The position numbers and the translations under genes are program-made. A DNA stretch of 64,000 nt from the NCBI RefSeq assembly GCF_006345805.1, contig NC_043018.1, positions 15,252,001 through 15,316,000 on the forward strand. The letters are read 5' to 3'. The DNA comes from Octopus sinensis (taxonomy: Eukaryota). The number at the start of each line of letters is the position of its first letter. The first letter of the stretch is position 1. A model generated the notes under the pieces. It searched no databases, was not told the DNA's origin, and saw only the letters and a program-made list of their open reading frames with translations. Below are positions 25,217 to 39,663 of the stretch, in pieces.

Positions 25217-25428
25217 GGCGATGAGCTGGCAGAAACGTTAGCACGCCGGGTGAAATGTTTAGCGATATTTCGACTGTCTTTGCATTCTGAGTTCAAATTC
25301 CGCCGCGGTCAACTTTGCCTTTCATCCTTTCGGAGTCAATAAATTAAGTACCAGTTGCGTACTGAGGTCGATCTAATCGACTGTCACCCTCCCCCAAAAT
25401 TTCGGGCCTTGTGCATAGAGTAGAAAAG
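25217..25428 (+). mobile_element. SINE family B, short-tail variant
   Basis: Head plus core plus CCCCCAAAATTTCGGGCCTTGTGC tail, as at 14320. Confidence 0.85.
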
Positions 25429-25859
25429 AATATTAACCCAGAGACACAACAGTGGTAGAAGGTGGACTGTAAAGTAATAAAAAAAAAAGTTCTCACTGAA
25501 CAATAGGTCACTGTTTAACAAATATTTTGACGTTTTAATGCAATAAATGCACTTAATCTGACACATGGTATTTTACCATTACCTGGCGGTTGGATACTAT
25601 TAGCAGAAAGTATTGTTGTAAAACCCTTCCCTTCGACAATTTCAAACGATCCGAAAGAAGTGATAAGCCACGTCTTTCTTTTATTAAACAACAAGAATAA
25701 AAACGACTGAGAAACTTTAATTGTGTTAAGTTTATACAATAGCACAAAAGGATTTTAAATACATTGCTGGTAGCTGCAGGAACTTCTTTCAACTTCACCC
25801 GGCTATATACATACATTTCATACATAAATGCGTTCATGCATATATACATGTATGTATGC

Positions 25860-26375
25860 TTATTATATATACCCACTGCATTGGCTCTTTCTAAAGTTTC
25901 CGTGTCTAGTAGGTGTTCTGTGTGTTCGTCAAACACTGCTGTTAAATCGCTCAAGTATTTTTAGGCGATAGCGGTACACTACCCATGTTTCATACGAAAA
26001 TAATAAACATCGCTAACTTGACGTTGTTTTTCAAGCCTCTGTGCGATTAGACCCGACCCTTCAGAACGGCAAAGGCATCAGTGGCCCTTTATATTCGTGC
26101 GATGACCTCATCGTCTAAAGAGAAGTGTCGCTTGATAGTTGTTACCCGGGTGTGTAAACGTATCAGCTACCTTCAGTTTGTGGCCTTCAACGTAAGGAGC
26201 TGGCTCCAGGTATAGCAAGCCAGGAGCAGACTGGAACATTACCACAGTTTTGTCAAGGTTCATGGTGAAACCAAACAGCTTGCACGATCATGAAAGCCTG
26301 CCCATCTGGATCGTGAAAGTCTGTCCATCCCTTGTACACTGTGTGATACAAAGTCAGAGTCATTGGCATTCAAAG
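25860..26375 (-). mobile_element. Degenerate RTE LINE RT fragment
   Basis: Minus frames: SCKLFGFTMNLDKTVVMFQ, LKVADTF, LDDEV, TLERANAVGI. Confidence 0.7.
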
Positions 26376-28799
26376 ATTGTATAGTCAGTGCTATTTTGGC
26401 GTGTGATTTACAACTTAAAGGGCAATTATTTTAGGTTAATTTTTTAGTTTACTTTTCAATTTCTAAAAAGCCTGCGTTTCTAGCAGATGTTCGATCAATC
26501 CATCACTAAAATTATCTAAATTTATATTTCAACTTTATTATCAAATTGCTATTCAAAATTTTAATAAATTCTTTTGTACATGATTACCATTGTAAATGTA
26601 TTTTTTCGAGATTCCTACTATTTCAATAATGATAAAGCCATCTTTCATCTATGCCTTAGTAAATAATAAGCAACCAAGAATAAAAGATATAATTAAAATA
26701 AGCGCGTAGATCACACAAGATTGGCAGCCACGAATTTTGCTCCGTTAAGTTGGCAAAATTTTACCGTTTTCCCTTTTCTTCTAGCTTTCTTCATTTCTCT
26801 ACTCAACGATGACATGGTGTAACATCATCTAAAAGGCCATTTCTTTGTAAAAATGCAGCTGCCTTCGTCTCGTTGCTGATCACATTGTAAAAATCTTTCG
26901 CCTACATCGTAAAGGTTTTTAGAAATTGGAAAGTAACCTCGCCCTTTGAGTTGAATCACTATGGTATAGTATGTGACAAGGCTGGAACGTTATTACGGGT
27001 ATAATCCACCTGATGAGCTTCTACACAGCTTCCGTCGACCAAATCAACTGATGGGACATTAGTCCGCCCAAGACACTGGTTGGAGGCACTTGGCCGAGAT
27101 GCCGCGCAATGGGACTGAACATGAAACCATGTGATTGCGAAATAAACTTTTTATATATAAGAATGAACAATAAAGCATTGAAATTTACTGAGATATTTCG
27201 AAATATTTCGGGAAAAGTCCGTTGTATTTTTTCTTTTCTTTTTAGAAATGGACAAAATCTCAAACGCAGGAGAGTAACTGTGAAAATAGCTTTCAGAAAA
27301 TCGGGTAGAAGTACTTTTATAAACAAAATACCCTTATAGAAAAAAGCAGCCGTAGCCACTACCGATAATTGACTCTGTAACTCTCAAATTCCTGCTGAAC
27401 ACTGTACCATTGACTAAAACGATCCCTGACAAAAGATAACATCCCTGTTCTTAACATTGGTGGAGTAGGTAAAGCAGTTATGATAACTTCAAAGTAAAAA
27501 TACAAAATAAGTTGTTTGTTTTTTTTGGTGGGGTGGGGGTGGGGGTGACAGTTATAAATAGTGAAGGTATTTGACACAAGATTATCGGGTGAGATTTACT
27601 CGTATTTCTAACACAGCCCTTTCTACTTGGCTACGGTTCAGTAAATAAGAGCTAGGTTGGGACCTACAAACAGGTGGACGACAAATAAAATGCGACATTG
27701 TTCATAAAGACGACAGAGAAAAAAATAAGCAAAGAAATATAGTAAAAAAAAAAGCCAAGAAAATTGGGACGACGACAGTTGTCATAGCAATAACTTTACT
27801 GATATTTTTCAAGCTGTTTTTGTTTTTGTCGGTATTCATGCCATATATAATTGGTTCCCAAACCTTTTATTTAAATAAGTTTTCCCACGGACACCTTTTG
27901 ATATACCTATCCCTGTATGAACTTTTGAATTTAGTTCACGGACCCCCTGTAACACCTTGGTGGACCACCAGGGTCTGCTGTCCTATTGTATAAAAGTAGC
28001 AATGTGAAGGGAAGGAAATGGAGGAGAATAAACAAACCTAAAAAAATAAATTTATTTTCTACACAACCACACTTTTTAAGGAGACTCGTCTCTCGACCTA
28101 TTACGAAGAACAGGTAAAATCTTCTTCAAGTCTGTCTTGGCTGCGGAAGAACACTGGATAATGGAAGCCTTGTTAAGCAAAACAGACGATGATTATGGCT
28201 AGAATGATCGTCTGAGTATAAGCCTAGAGAAAATTACCAATATATAAAGAGAGAATGAACTTAAGGTGTAAATTTGGACAACCGTTGTTGGATGGCGGAA
28301 GTGGAAACGCGTGGAGGCTTTATGAATGGGCGACATATCGACCACTGATGAAGATGACGACGATGATGATGGTGATACGGAAATGGATGGGGGTCACAAC
28401 AGAGAGAGAGAGACAGACAGACAGACAGAGATAGCGAAAGGGAGGAACAGAGAGATGAGAAAAGAAAGAGGGTGAGTTGAAAGCAAAGCCAGCAGCTCAT
28501 ATGATACAAGTTGTCACTTATTGAACTCCGATGCCAGGGCCTGAATGATAAAGTTGACTGAATCAGTTGAGGTCGGCGGTTCAAGTCTGATAGTTACATT
28601 GTGTTCACCTTTATAGCAAGGCATTTCCCCTTCCATATTTTGAAGAGGTCTTACGCCAGCAGTGTTTGGCGGGTCTGAAGATACGCCGTAAGGCTAAACC
28701 TCTAATGAACGAGAAATGTAGGGTAACCCCATAAGCCGACCTCCCCCGTTATAATATTAACTGCTCTACATCTTAGAGTGTGCTTCTCCTCCAGACGAA

Positions 28800-29430
<631 letters not shown>

Positions 29431-29466
29431 AAAAAAGGAGATGTGGAACACGAGTTGTGATATAAA

Positions 29467-29812
29467 AAAGGAAATGAAGAAAATGCTGACAAAATAATTT
29501 AAGTAAGAGAGAGTGTATTTAATTAGGTGAAAGTTCTTTTTACCGGTTGCGCATTTGTTATGCTTATCAAAAGATATATTTTAAGAGAGATAGAGTTCCT
29601 TTCTGATAGATTTTTTTCTCTTATCTGACTTTATGTTGGGTTTGCTGTTTCTTATATGTGAAAAAAAGCCTCTTTTTTCACATATAGAGAACAGCAAAAA
29701 AATATCTTTTGATAAGCATAACAAATGCGCAACCAGTAAAAAGAACTTTCTCCTAATTAAATACACTCTCTCTTACTTAAATTATTTTGTCGGTATTTTC
29801 TTCATTTCCTTT
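29467..29812. repeat. Foldback element with ~110-bp arms and a nested inner hairpin
   Basis: 29467-29578 is the reverse complement of 29702-29812; inner stem TTTGCTGT...ACAGCAAA at 29641-29698. Confidence 0.9.
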
Positions 29813-29824
29813 ATATATATATTG

Positions 29825-29950
29825 TATTGTATTGGCATCCTTTCTGTCTCGGGAGACAATGGAGTTGCGCTTTTTTTTTTTCTTTTGTAGTCTAGTCCGG
29901 CTTTTATATTTCATGTCCTGATACATTTCCTGCTGTGGCTGTGTAGTCCT
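29825..29950 (-). mobile_element. RTE LINE extreme 3' end
   Basis: Homologous to 51420-51530. Confidence 0.7.
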
Positions 29951-30191
29951 ATCGATTCCCAGGCCGGGCGTTGTGAGTGTTTCTTGAGCGAAAACACCTG
30001 AAGCTCTATGAGGCTCTGGCAGGGTGGGGGGCGATCCCTGCTGTACTCTTTCGCCACAACTTTCAGTCTTTCTTCTGTTGGCCTGCTCGCTTAGCCAGCT
30101 TCGCGGTGTCATTTGAAGGCTAAAACAATGCGAAGCACATTGTGACCAGCGATGTGTAGCAACATCTGATAGCCTGGTTGATCACGGTGAT
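29951..30191 (+). mobile_element. SINE family A, tail type 3 (5' truncated)
   Basis: Homology to 22642. Confidence 0.85.
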
Positions 30192-30201
30192 ATAATATGG
30201 A

Positions 30202-30576
30202 AGCACTCCGTCGGTTACGACGACGAGGGTTCCGGTTGATCCGAATCAACGGAACAGCCTGCTCGTGAAATTAACGTGTAAGTGGCTGAGCACTCCACAG
30301 ACACGTGTACCCTTAACGTAGTTCTCGGGGATTCAGCGTGACACAGAGAGTGACAGGCCGGCCCTTTGAAATACAGGTACAACAGAAACAGGAAGTAAGA
30401 GTGAGAGAAAGTTGTGGTGAAAGTACAGCAGGGATCACCACCATCCCCTGCCGGAGCCTCGTGGAGCTTTAGGTGTTTTCGCTCAATAAACACTCACAAT
30501 GCCTGGTCTGGGAATCGAAACCGCGATCCTATGACCGCGAGTCCGCTGCCCTAACCACTGGGCTATTGCGCCTCCA
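30202..30576 (-). mobile_element. SINE family A, tail type 1
   Basis: Full-length copy. Confidence 0.92.
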
Positions 30577-31560
30577 CTGATATAATATACACACACACAG
30601 AGAAAACAAAGTTATTTTATTCCACACAGTTAGAAATATAGAAAAAAGAAGCTGGAAATGCACTGTGGTTCGTTTCGATTTCATATTTCGTTTCGTTTTT
30701 TCAAATATTTCTCTGATTTTCAGATGTTGATATAGAAAGACGTAGTTATGCTGCAATTGTTTTGCTTCTGATTAGAATTCAAAAATCGTTGTTGTTTTTT
30801 TAGAGAACATGATCCAAATTAACATCTGTTTTAGATACAATTTGATCGGCTGAGCTTCATCACATTGGTCACATTTAGAAATTTTTGCAAGTTCCCCACT
30901 ACGTCCTTTCTTTCATATCATGTGACAATATTTGGCGTCGTAAGATAAAGCTGTCACGGTTGAGTGAAGATGCCTAGAGACAATCCCAAACAATCAGGGC
31001 AGTCTGAAATTTATGTGGTAAAGAAAGATCACGTCTTGAAAACTTTTTGTGGGTTCCTTCCCACGTCTGCGCGTTAATATCATGTGACTGTTTTTGCACC
31101 GAAAACTGAGACTGACACGGTCGAGTAAACATACCTGGGGAAAGGTCACGATTGTGTCCAAAGTTGTTAAATATAATTTCAACATGCCAAGCAGAAGAAT
31201 GAGCTTCTATGTGAATAAGTTGCTTGGGAATGATTGTGGTGGTGGTATCGATTACGATAAAGACGATAGTTTCCGCAAATACCATAACCTTAAATAGCAT
31301 TATCGTCACAGTAAGAGGATAGTGACGGTGTTAGGGAAGAGAATTGTGTGTAAAAACGTTATTAAGTGAATCTTTAATTCGAAAACATTCACTAATTCAT
31401 CTAGATAAAACTAGATAGCAACAGCAAAAGATAAAATTAAATAGCAACAGCAAAAGTTATACATACTATTTTATTGTAAACTTACGTTTGTGTTTGTTTC
31501 ATTTCTTTCCTTTCAAATTATTCAGTCAAATTTATTTTGTATATATTTTTTTATCACATA

Positions 31561-31922
31561 CAAGCACAATGACCCGGCAACCCCGGGTCATAGTGCTAGT
31601 GCATGCATATACAGCTGCGTGCGCGCGCACATACACGTGAGTACTGTCCAAATCTCTGACCAATCCCATACAGCTAGTTGGCATTCAATTGGCGTATCAA
31701 ATTTCGGGCATTTTGATTGGGTTTTGGATAGAAAATTCACAAAAAGTTACTTCTATTGTTTTTTAATGGCTTTGCGGGGTGACTGGGGAAATGTAAAGAT
31801 GTGCACGACCACCTTTGGACGGTTTTGAATGACCATAGAAAGTGCGAGCCCTCTAACTGAAAAATTGTGGATTTGTATAAAGGACACACGCACAGACATT
31901 TTGCCGCTTATATATAGAAAGA
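31561..31922 (-). mobile_element. Non-autonomous Helitron-like element
   Basis: Minus 5' end TCTTTCTATATATAAG; 3' GC-rich hairpin ATGACCCGG..CCGGGTCAT close to a CTTG/CTAG end. Confidence 0.6.
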
Positions 31923-32418
31923 TTTCAGTAGTAAATAAAAAAGATGAAAAAAGAACCACTAAACCAATTCGTATCAGAGGCGACAATACAAACGACGTTT
32001 TATGTTCATCTCTTAAAAAAAAAAACACTTCGTTTTGAGTCTGTATATTTTTGGGAATTTTTAATGTCATCTTTATGTTATATCCATCCGTCTATCTGAC
32101 ACTAATCAGATTGTATTGTCCCTTATCTATGTTGTCCCCTTGTGGGAGATAAAAAATTTACTTCGTTTTGAGCCTGCGTTATATAATTAAAACTTACAAT
32201 AACCTGAAGTTGTATATAGAAAGTGTTGAGGAGGTAGAAGATCTAGCTGAAAACAGATTCTTCACAAAATATCTTGCAATAAGATATCTACTTAATTTAA
32301 GCATAAAGCTGAATGTCAGGGCAGTCTAACTATATTCAAAAAACCAAAACTTGATGAAGGGTTTTTTTTAACCGATGTGTGCCCAACCAACTTGTAATAA
32401 TATGTCTCCGCATATTTA

Positions 32419-32647
32419 GCGGCGAGCTGGCAGACACGTTAGCGCGCCGGGTGAAGTGCTTAGCGGTATTTCGTCTGTCGTTACGTTCTGAGTTCAAATT
32501 CCGCCGAGGTCAACTTTGCCTTTCATCCTTTCGGGGTCGATAAATAAAGTACCAGTTTCGCACTGGGGTCGATATAATCGACTCAATCCCTTCGTCTGTC
32601 CTTGTTTGTCCCCTCTATGTTTAGCCCCTTGTGGGCAGTAAAGAAAC
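32419..32647 (+). mobile_element. SINE family B, full length
   Basis: Head, core and tail present; ATATGTCTCCGCATA on both flanks is a TSD-like repeat. Confidence 0.92.
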
Positions 32648-33787
32648 AAATATGTCTCCGCATAACTTTCTGAAAAATACTTAATTTCAAATAATACTCT
32701 CTGAGATTACGTTTCAGAGGGTGTAGACAAGGATTATGTAGGAATTTGTTGTGAAAAGATAAGTATATTTGAATGGAGGTTATCGATGGCATAACTACAG
32801 ATTTTTGCTACCCGCCTACTTTAGATGATCATAACATCGAGAAAAATGGATATTTTTCAATGAAAGTTTCTATAAATATATGTTATATCGTGTAGATTCT
32901 GAATATTCAAAATTTTTGAGGTTAAGTGTTTTAGGAGTGAATGGGGAATTTTGGAAAATTCACCGATGTCCACTTCAATTCGTCTTAACTCTCAAGAAAA
33001 TTGATATTTTTCAATGAAATTACCTACAAATATACCTCGGACTATGTAGATTCCAAAGACATAGGAATTTACGGGGAAAACACCCGGGGGCTATTTTTGA
33101 GAACTTTTCTCCACTAGGGGGTGTTTCGAAACAAGTCGTCTATATTTGTTTAATCTTCTCCGTTTTGGGGCATTTGTGCATCCGTAGATTTCCACTGAAG
33201 CGGCTGGCAATGAAAGCAAATGAAGTTCTCACCGGAAAACTCTTTATGCTAAAAATAACAGCTAAAGGTCTAAACGTTTCTAATAAAAAGGCATTGAATG
33301 GAATAATTCCCCGTTTGAACCTCTTTAATTACATATGTGTGTGTGTGTGAAGACACTGAGAATAAGCATGCCACCTCTTTGTGCTTTTTTTTTTCTACAG
33401 ATTCCGACGTCTCCAACGGAGATTCTGAATATGCAAAAAAAAAACCATCTACTTTTAGACTTTTCAGTACCCATCCCGCTGCAGTTAAGGAGAAGAAATT
33501 ATTGTGGCAGAGTTTCGTATCAAGACATCCACATAGGTTTAATTTTCTCCGTTTTGACAGGAAGTTTTCCAAGGCCTTCAATGTGATTTGGTGATCGTGG
33601 GGTACTTTTTATTAAAAATTTTTTTTTGAAATTTTTTTTTTCACTTCTGCCCCACGCACTTAAAAACAATAAAAGCCTTTTCGGTACTCCTTTATATCAC
33701 ACACCTTTTGTAAATCTGGATATTTTACAACATGGAAATTGCAACGTGTTGGGAAACACACATACGAAGAAATTCATGCAGTGAACA

Positions 33788-34301
33788 TACCGTAAATCCT
33801 CGAGTATAATCCGCATTTTCCCCCAAAAATTTTGAGGGTCAAAATCCCTAGTGCGTACTATATACGAGGTTAACAATGAAAAATATTTTCTAAGCAATGT
33901 CCGAGTCTCTATTTGCTGTCCGGCAATGTTTGATTCAGATGCATTTTGTGATGTCGGCGCGAAAATACCTTAAGAAGCCTGAAAGCAATGAGTCATAAAA
34001 GAATCATCCATAACTTGCAATAAGCAACATTTATTAAACGTTATTACTGTTATTTCTTTATTTTCTGCAAACAAAATGCACAAAAAAGCTACACATTTGC
34101 ATTATGTTATATATACAATAATAATGAAGGGCGTTACCGTTTACAATTTTACAAACCAAGGACGTTATATAGACCTCCTTGACTCAAGTTAGAGAAGGGG
34201 TGCGTATTATACACAAGGTTTAGGTTTTTTCAGAGTACAGCCCCCTAAAAATCCCCTGCATATTATACTCAAGGGCGGACTATACTCGAGGATTTACGGT
34301 A
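33788..34301. mobile_element. pogo/Tc1-mariner-type MITE
   Basis: TIRs TACCGTAAATCCTCGAGTATA / TATACTCGAGGATTTACGGTA. Confidence 0.9.
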
Positions 34302-35045
34302 TATCAAAAAATATATTTATTCATACTATTCATATTAAAAAACAAACCGCATATTGATATGCGTGTCTGTTTCCCCAGAACAACTTTGATGCCGGACAAG
34401 CAATCATATGTGTGTAAGGAATGTCTTTCACATTTCTTAGAGTCAAGACACACAACCCGGCTTTACAGTATATGTTGCAGCGACTTTATTATATAATTCG
34501 TGTGATTTAAGTATTTCTTTTAAAATGCTAAGTTTTTACAGTGTGTGTATACTAGTAAATGGGCTGGTTGGTTTTGGAGATCATTCCAGTACACTGAGAA
34601 AGGAAATGGTGCTGTCTCTCTATTCGTTCTGAATTACTGATCCCAATTATGGTCGCCACAAAACCTGGAATACACAGCGGAATTCGAAACACTCCAATGC
34701 TACTGCTCCAAGATTATTTGCCTTGGTGTAGCAGATGGGTTACTGGAAGAGGGTAAAAATATGAGACTCCACTGCTTAGAGACTAAGCGCGAAAGATATA
34801 CAATGATATAATGCTTTCTTCCAAGGAATCTAATGCTCTTAGCTTAGTTTTTCCTTGGGTTTGGCCAGATTGGAGCAATCTCAAGAATAATCAGTCGAAA
34901 TTGTGAGGATAATCTGGTTCTTGACTGAAGATAGAAAACTCCGAATGACCCGTCCTTGTTTTCTTTGTATCGTGTATATGGATGTTTTGTTCTCCCTTTT
35001 GTATCACCTATTGTCCGGAGTTTTGCGTTCTTGTCCCATTTTGTA

Positions 35046-35231
35046 TTATATTATATAGGGCATATATATATATATATATATATGTATATGTATATGCATA
35101 TGTATATATATGTATATATATATGTATGTATATATATTATATATATATATATATATATACACCATATACATATATATATATATATCATACATACATATAT
35201 ATATATAATACATACATACATATACATACCT

Positions 35232-35283
<52 letters not shown>

Positions 35284-35294
35284 CATACCTATAC

Positions 35295-35327
<33 letters not shown>
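35046..35327. repeat. (TA)n/(TACA)n array
   Basis: Read directly. Confidence 0.95.
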
Positions 35328-35861
35328 GGCGCTCATTGGAAACGCACTCTCCAGAAAGAAAATGACGCTTAATTTAAAAAACAAAAAGTTAGGAGAAAAT
35401 GGGAAATAAAATCCAAAACAAATGAAATATGCAAAAAAAATTAGGAAGATTCATCTATTTTTAAATATTTTATACTAAAAAAGAATAAAACAAACGGAAA
35501 AGGGGAAACTCGGGGAATATCAACAAACGGAAAACCAGACGATACAAAGGGCGATAACTTAGTTTCCCCAGTCAGATATTCTTAATGATACGAGGGGCCT
35601 CCAACGGTGTCGTCTGCCAATTGGAAGAAGACCGTTTCAGTCTTTTGCCTGAAAGTCCATTTATAACTAAGATATAATTATTATGTCGAATTTTGTGCCT
35701 GGACGTGGAATATTTAAATGCTATGACCTTATTTCGTTTCGGAAGAGATTTTGGGAGCTGCAGGAAAAGGCTACTAGTGGAGAAAATTTGGATTACCATC
35801 AAGACAAGAAATTTGCTGTGGAGTGCCATGCGTTGGTGGAAGTTTTTCCCGTCCAATTGAC

Positions 35862-35911
<50 letters not shown>

Positions 35912-35917
35912 TATACA

Positions 35918-36583
35918 CTTTATTTAAAGCAGCAGAAAATTCAACAAAACCTGTTACTCTGAGTTTCCAGCAACGGGAAACTCAGAGTAACAGGTTTGGT
36001 TGAATTTTCTGCTGCTTTAAATAAAAAATTTTACTCTACCACTGGTATTTGAGTACTCTTTTTCCACCTTGTTTCACATTTATGTGTTTACTCCGGTATA
36101 TATATATATATATATTATATATTATTATATATATATATAAGTAATTAAGGGTTTAGAAACGATTTGCCTCACCACACCCCGAATTAGAAATAGGCCAAAG
36201 AGTTATGGCTATTCTTTCTACTTAAAAGGGAGAAGTAGAAAGAATAGCCATAACTCTTTGACTGCTATTTCTAAACTCGGTGTGTGGTGAGGCAAATCGT
36301 TGCTAAACCCTTAATTACTTAGTATTACTTAAACCTTCCTCGAATGGGACTTTTACATGCCGAAATCTACTTGGTGAAATTAATGATTATTCCAAATTAA
36401 TTAATTTCACCCTATATTATTATTTATTATATATATATATATATATATATATAAGGGGTGTGTTTGATTGTGTATAGAGGGATATATATTGTTCAAAGAA
36501 ATTCCAACTCTGTTTTTTATATTTTATTTATATTCTTTATAATATTAATGTAGAATATAGAATATATAGTATAGTATACATAA

Positions 36584-36617
<34 letters not shown>

Positions 36618-36928
36618 GTAAAATGAAGGTCCCAGGTTGTGACAGGAGTGTTTCAACTGTTGCAACCCTCCTGTCACAACTTAGGACCTTCAAGACTGCT
36701 TAAATGCAAGAAAGTATACTAGTCCCTTAATATTTTATATTCAATATTTCATCTATTCAATAAGACAATCAATACTTCATTTCATCCAACTATATATATA
36801 TTATTTATACTACATAGTCTATATTCTACATTAATATTATAAAGAATATAAATAAAACATAAAATATTAGACAGAGTTGGAATTTCTTTGAATAATATAT
36901 ATCCCTCTCTACACAATCATACAAACCC

Positions 36929-36967
<39 letters not shown>

Positions 36968-37184
36968 AGTAATGAGGGAGATAAATTAATATTAATTTTA
37001 ATATCAATTTAAAACCAGTAGTCCAGCATTCAAAAAATCTGAGAAGTCAGAGAAAATTCTAATATATGTGTATATAGGCAGGGCTGGTGTTCGCTGAATT
37101 CTTCCTCTAGAGAATTTCCCTTGTAGTTTGATCGTTGATGATCTCTTTCTAGCATTCGGCCGGCTACCTAGCAGGCCAGCCCTG

Positions 37185-37220
<36 letters not shown>

Positions 37221-37432
37221 GGAGTAAACACATAAATGTGAAACAAGGTGGAAAAAAGAGTACTGAAATACCAGTGGTAAAGTAATATGCTTTATTTAAA
37301 GCAGCAGAAAATTCAACAAAACCTGTTACTCTGAGTTTCACTTGCCGTTCATCGGACAGTTTTTGCTAGAATATTTTGTCGTGAAACTCAGAGTAACAGG
37401 TTTTGTTGAATTTTCTGCTGCTTTAAATAAAG
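35918..37432. repeat. Cluster of nested inverted repeats separated by (TA)n, probably Penelope-like terminal remnants
   Basis: A 35918-36098 pairs with A' 37217-37432; hairpin B 36139-36320; C 36451-36586 pairs with C' 36795-36934 around hairpin D 36624-36692; short IR E 37073-37190. Confidence 0.85.
37320..37362 (-). ncRNA. Minimal hammerhead-like motif (U4C variant) with palindromic stem III
   Basis: Minus strand AACTGT-CCGATGA-ACGGCAAGT-GAAA-CTCAGAGT-A-ACAG: stem I CTGT/ACAG, stem II AC/GT, stem III ACTC/GAGT. Confidence 0.5.
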
Positions 37433-37444
37433 TATATATATATA

Positions 37445-37827
37445 CTAGCAGTATTGCCCGGCGTTGCTCGGGTTTGTAAGGGAAATAACTATAAAGCATT
37501 TTTAGAGAGTTACAGCCAAAAAATAACAAAAAAATGGAAAAAAATTATGATAAATTTTTTTTTTAGTTAAAAAAGGTGGAGTTGCGTCCCCTAGACAGTT
37601 TGCGGTTTGTGTTTCTGATTGTCGACCCCATGTCGAATTTATCGATTTTTTTCAGAACTGGGGGAACTTTTCAAAATTTTCGCTGCGTTAGTTTTGAATT
37701 ATGACATTGGGCTATGTGTGTGTCAAGTTTCATCAGAATCGGTTGAAAGCCGTGATCAGGGTGAGGGTACAAGCAAACAGACACACAGAAACACGCACAG
37801 ACAAACTGCCGTTTATATAGAGAGAGA
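37445..37827 (-). mobile_element. Non-autonomous Helitron
   Basis: Minus strand begins TC and ends with hairpin CCCGAGCAACGCCGGG plus CTAG; inserted between A and T. Confidence 0.82.
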
Positions 37828-38389
37828 TATATATATATATGACTGACAAAGAAAGGGTACATATATATATGGAAGATCTTGAAGGTCTAGTAGCCACCTC
37901 TTAAATAGAAAGCTATATGAGTCACCAGAATGGATGTCACTGTACAGTACCAAAGGCCCCACTCTTTCTGTCCAGAGTGGGAGCCCAATAAAGCAACAGC
38001 TTAGTGGGGGCTAATGCAGTTTCACACCTCTCCTTAAAAAATGCAGTTTTTTGAAAAATTACATTTACACATATAAGCATTTTGTATGTTACATGGTAGA
38101 TATATAAACACGGCTAATTTAGCTATTTCTCGGTGGATTGGAAAAAAAAACCGGTGGACAGTCTTAATTGTAAAACATTATTGAATTCCTACAGAGGTGT
38201 CTCATCAATTCAAGCTACACAGAAGTAATTGGCAGCCAATCTGCATATATGGTCAACAACTAATGTAGATGCAGAGAACTGGGACAACTGACTTGCATAC
38301 CATAAGTGTTTTAACATTTTGTTTAATATCAGGTGCCTGTCGAATCTCAGTACACACAGTATCATGGTATATGTGTGTGTGTGTGTGTG

Positions 38390-38473
38390 TAATCAAAATA
38401 AGCAGCAAGGATATCCAAGGTAGAGTAGTACTACTGTACTATCCTTGGATATCCTTGTTGCTTATTTTGATTA
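38390..38473. repeat. ~35-bp-arm hairpin next to (TG)n
   Basis: TAATCAAAATAAGCAGCAAGGATATCCAAGG ... CCTTGGATATCCTTGTTGCTTATTTTGATTA. Confidence 0.85.
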
Positions 38474-38568
38474 TAATCACCCCATTTGATTTATATGGAT
38501 AGTACCATACTAAATTCTGGTGCCTTTAACTTAAGTACCATATTCATCTGAATCTAAATTTTGCTGAA

Positions 38569-38613
<45 letters not shown>

Positions 38614-38764
38614 AGTAAATGAATTGATTGCATCGCAATCCTTAACATTTATGTATTAACTTTGTTGGGTACTTCACTAGCAGTATATTGGCTATATGTT
38701 ATCCCATGGAGGGTTGCATTTACAACCTCTATCTCAATTTGTATATATATATATATATATATAT

Positions 38765-39043
38765 CACCGCCCGTCTGGCTTCCGTGCCGGTGGCACATAA
38801 AATACACCAATCTGACCGTGGCCGTTGCCAGCCCCGCCTGGCACCTGTGCAGGTGGCACGTAAAAAGCACCCACTACACTCACGGAGTGGTTGGCGTTAG
38901 GAAGGGCATCCAGCTGTAGAAACATTGCCAAATTAGACTGGAGCCTGGTGCAGCCTTCTGGCTTCCCAGAACCCCGGTCGAACCGTCCAACCCATGCTAG
39001 CATGGAGAACGGACGTTAAACGACGATGATGATGATGATGATG

Positions 39044-39045
<2 letters not shown>
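38765..39045 (+). mobile_element. SINE/retroposon family D with (GAT)n tail
   Basis: GGTTGGCGTTAGGAAGGGCATCCAGCTGTAGAAAC...GGACGTTAAACGATGATG; internal GGTGGCAC..AAAA..CACC repeats. Confidence 0.85.
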
Positions 39046-39081
<36 letters not shown>

Positions 39082-39331
39082 ATGTGTGTGTGTGAGGGAA
39101 TGAAAGAAAAAAGAAAGTTCTTTTTTTGAAAATCTTCTATTCCTGTACTGACCATCATTTGTGTCTTTATTTCTTCTTCCAGCACTCCTTATTTCGAACA
39201 CAAACGGCTTCTTAAGAGCCTCTTCGACACAAACAGGCCTTTCTTTGACTCAATCGATTCTCGGATGCTGTCCAAGTAAATATAAATTTTCAATTTCTTT
39301 TAAATTTTTTTTTTTTAATAAAATGAATATC

Positions 39332-39565
39332 GGTACTATTTAAGAAGAGTGGTCCCAGTGCGCGCACTCGCGTACTCGCGCATACGCGTTAGCTAGTCGT
39401 GACTAGTCGATCCTACAACAACTACCTAGCAAAGTAAATAAAACACAAAATAAAAAAATTTTTTAAACAAAGTAAATAAAACACAAAGTAAGGATCGACT
39501 AATCACGACTAGCTAGCACGGATGTGCGAGTGCGCACACCGGGACCACTCTTCTTAAATAATACC
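39332..39565. mobile_element. MITE with long TIRs and 9-bp TSD (Merlin- or Mutator-type)
   Basis: Ends GGTACTATTTAAGAAGAGTGGTCCC / GGGACCACTCTTCTTAAATAATACC; ATGAATATC on both flanks. Confidence 0.88.
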
Positions 39566-39663
39566 ATGAATATCTTCACTTCTCTATCGTTTTGATAACA
39601 GTGTTTATTATATCTTTCAGTGTTCTGCACTATTTTTCTAATGCGTATTACTCAACAAAATTA

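Noticed and set aside
27010-27030. CTGATGAG box (also TTGATGAC at 15249)
   Set aside because: No properly placed GAAA and stems; not a hammerhead.
31134-31290. Minus-strand segment ending in CCAG|GTATGT (similar case at 25582-25680)
   Set aside because: Weak acceptors and unrecognisable peptides; cannot be supported without RNA data.
33401-33594. Good-looking acceptor TTTTCTACAG with a phase-1 open frame (DSDVSNGDSEY...)
   Set aside because: No convincing donor, no domain similarity, and the context looks transposon-derived.
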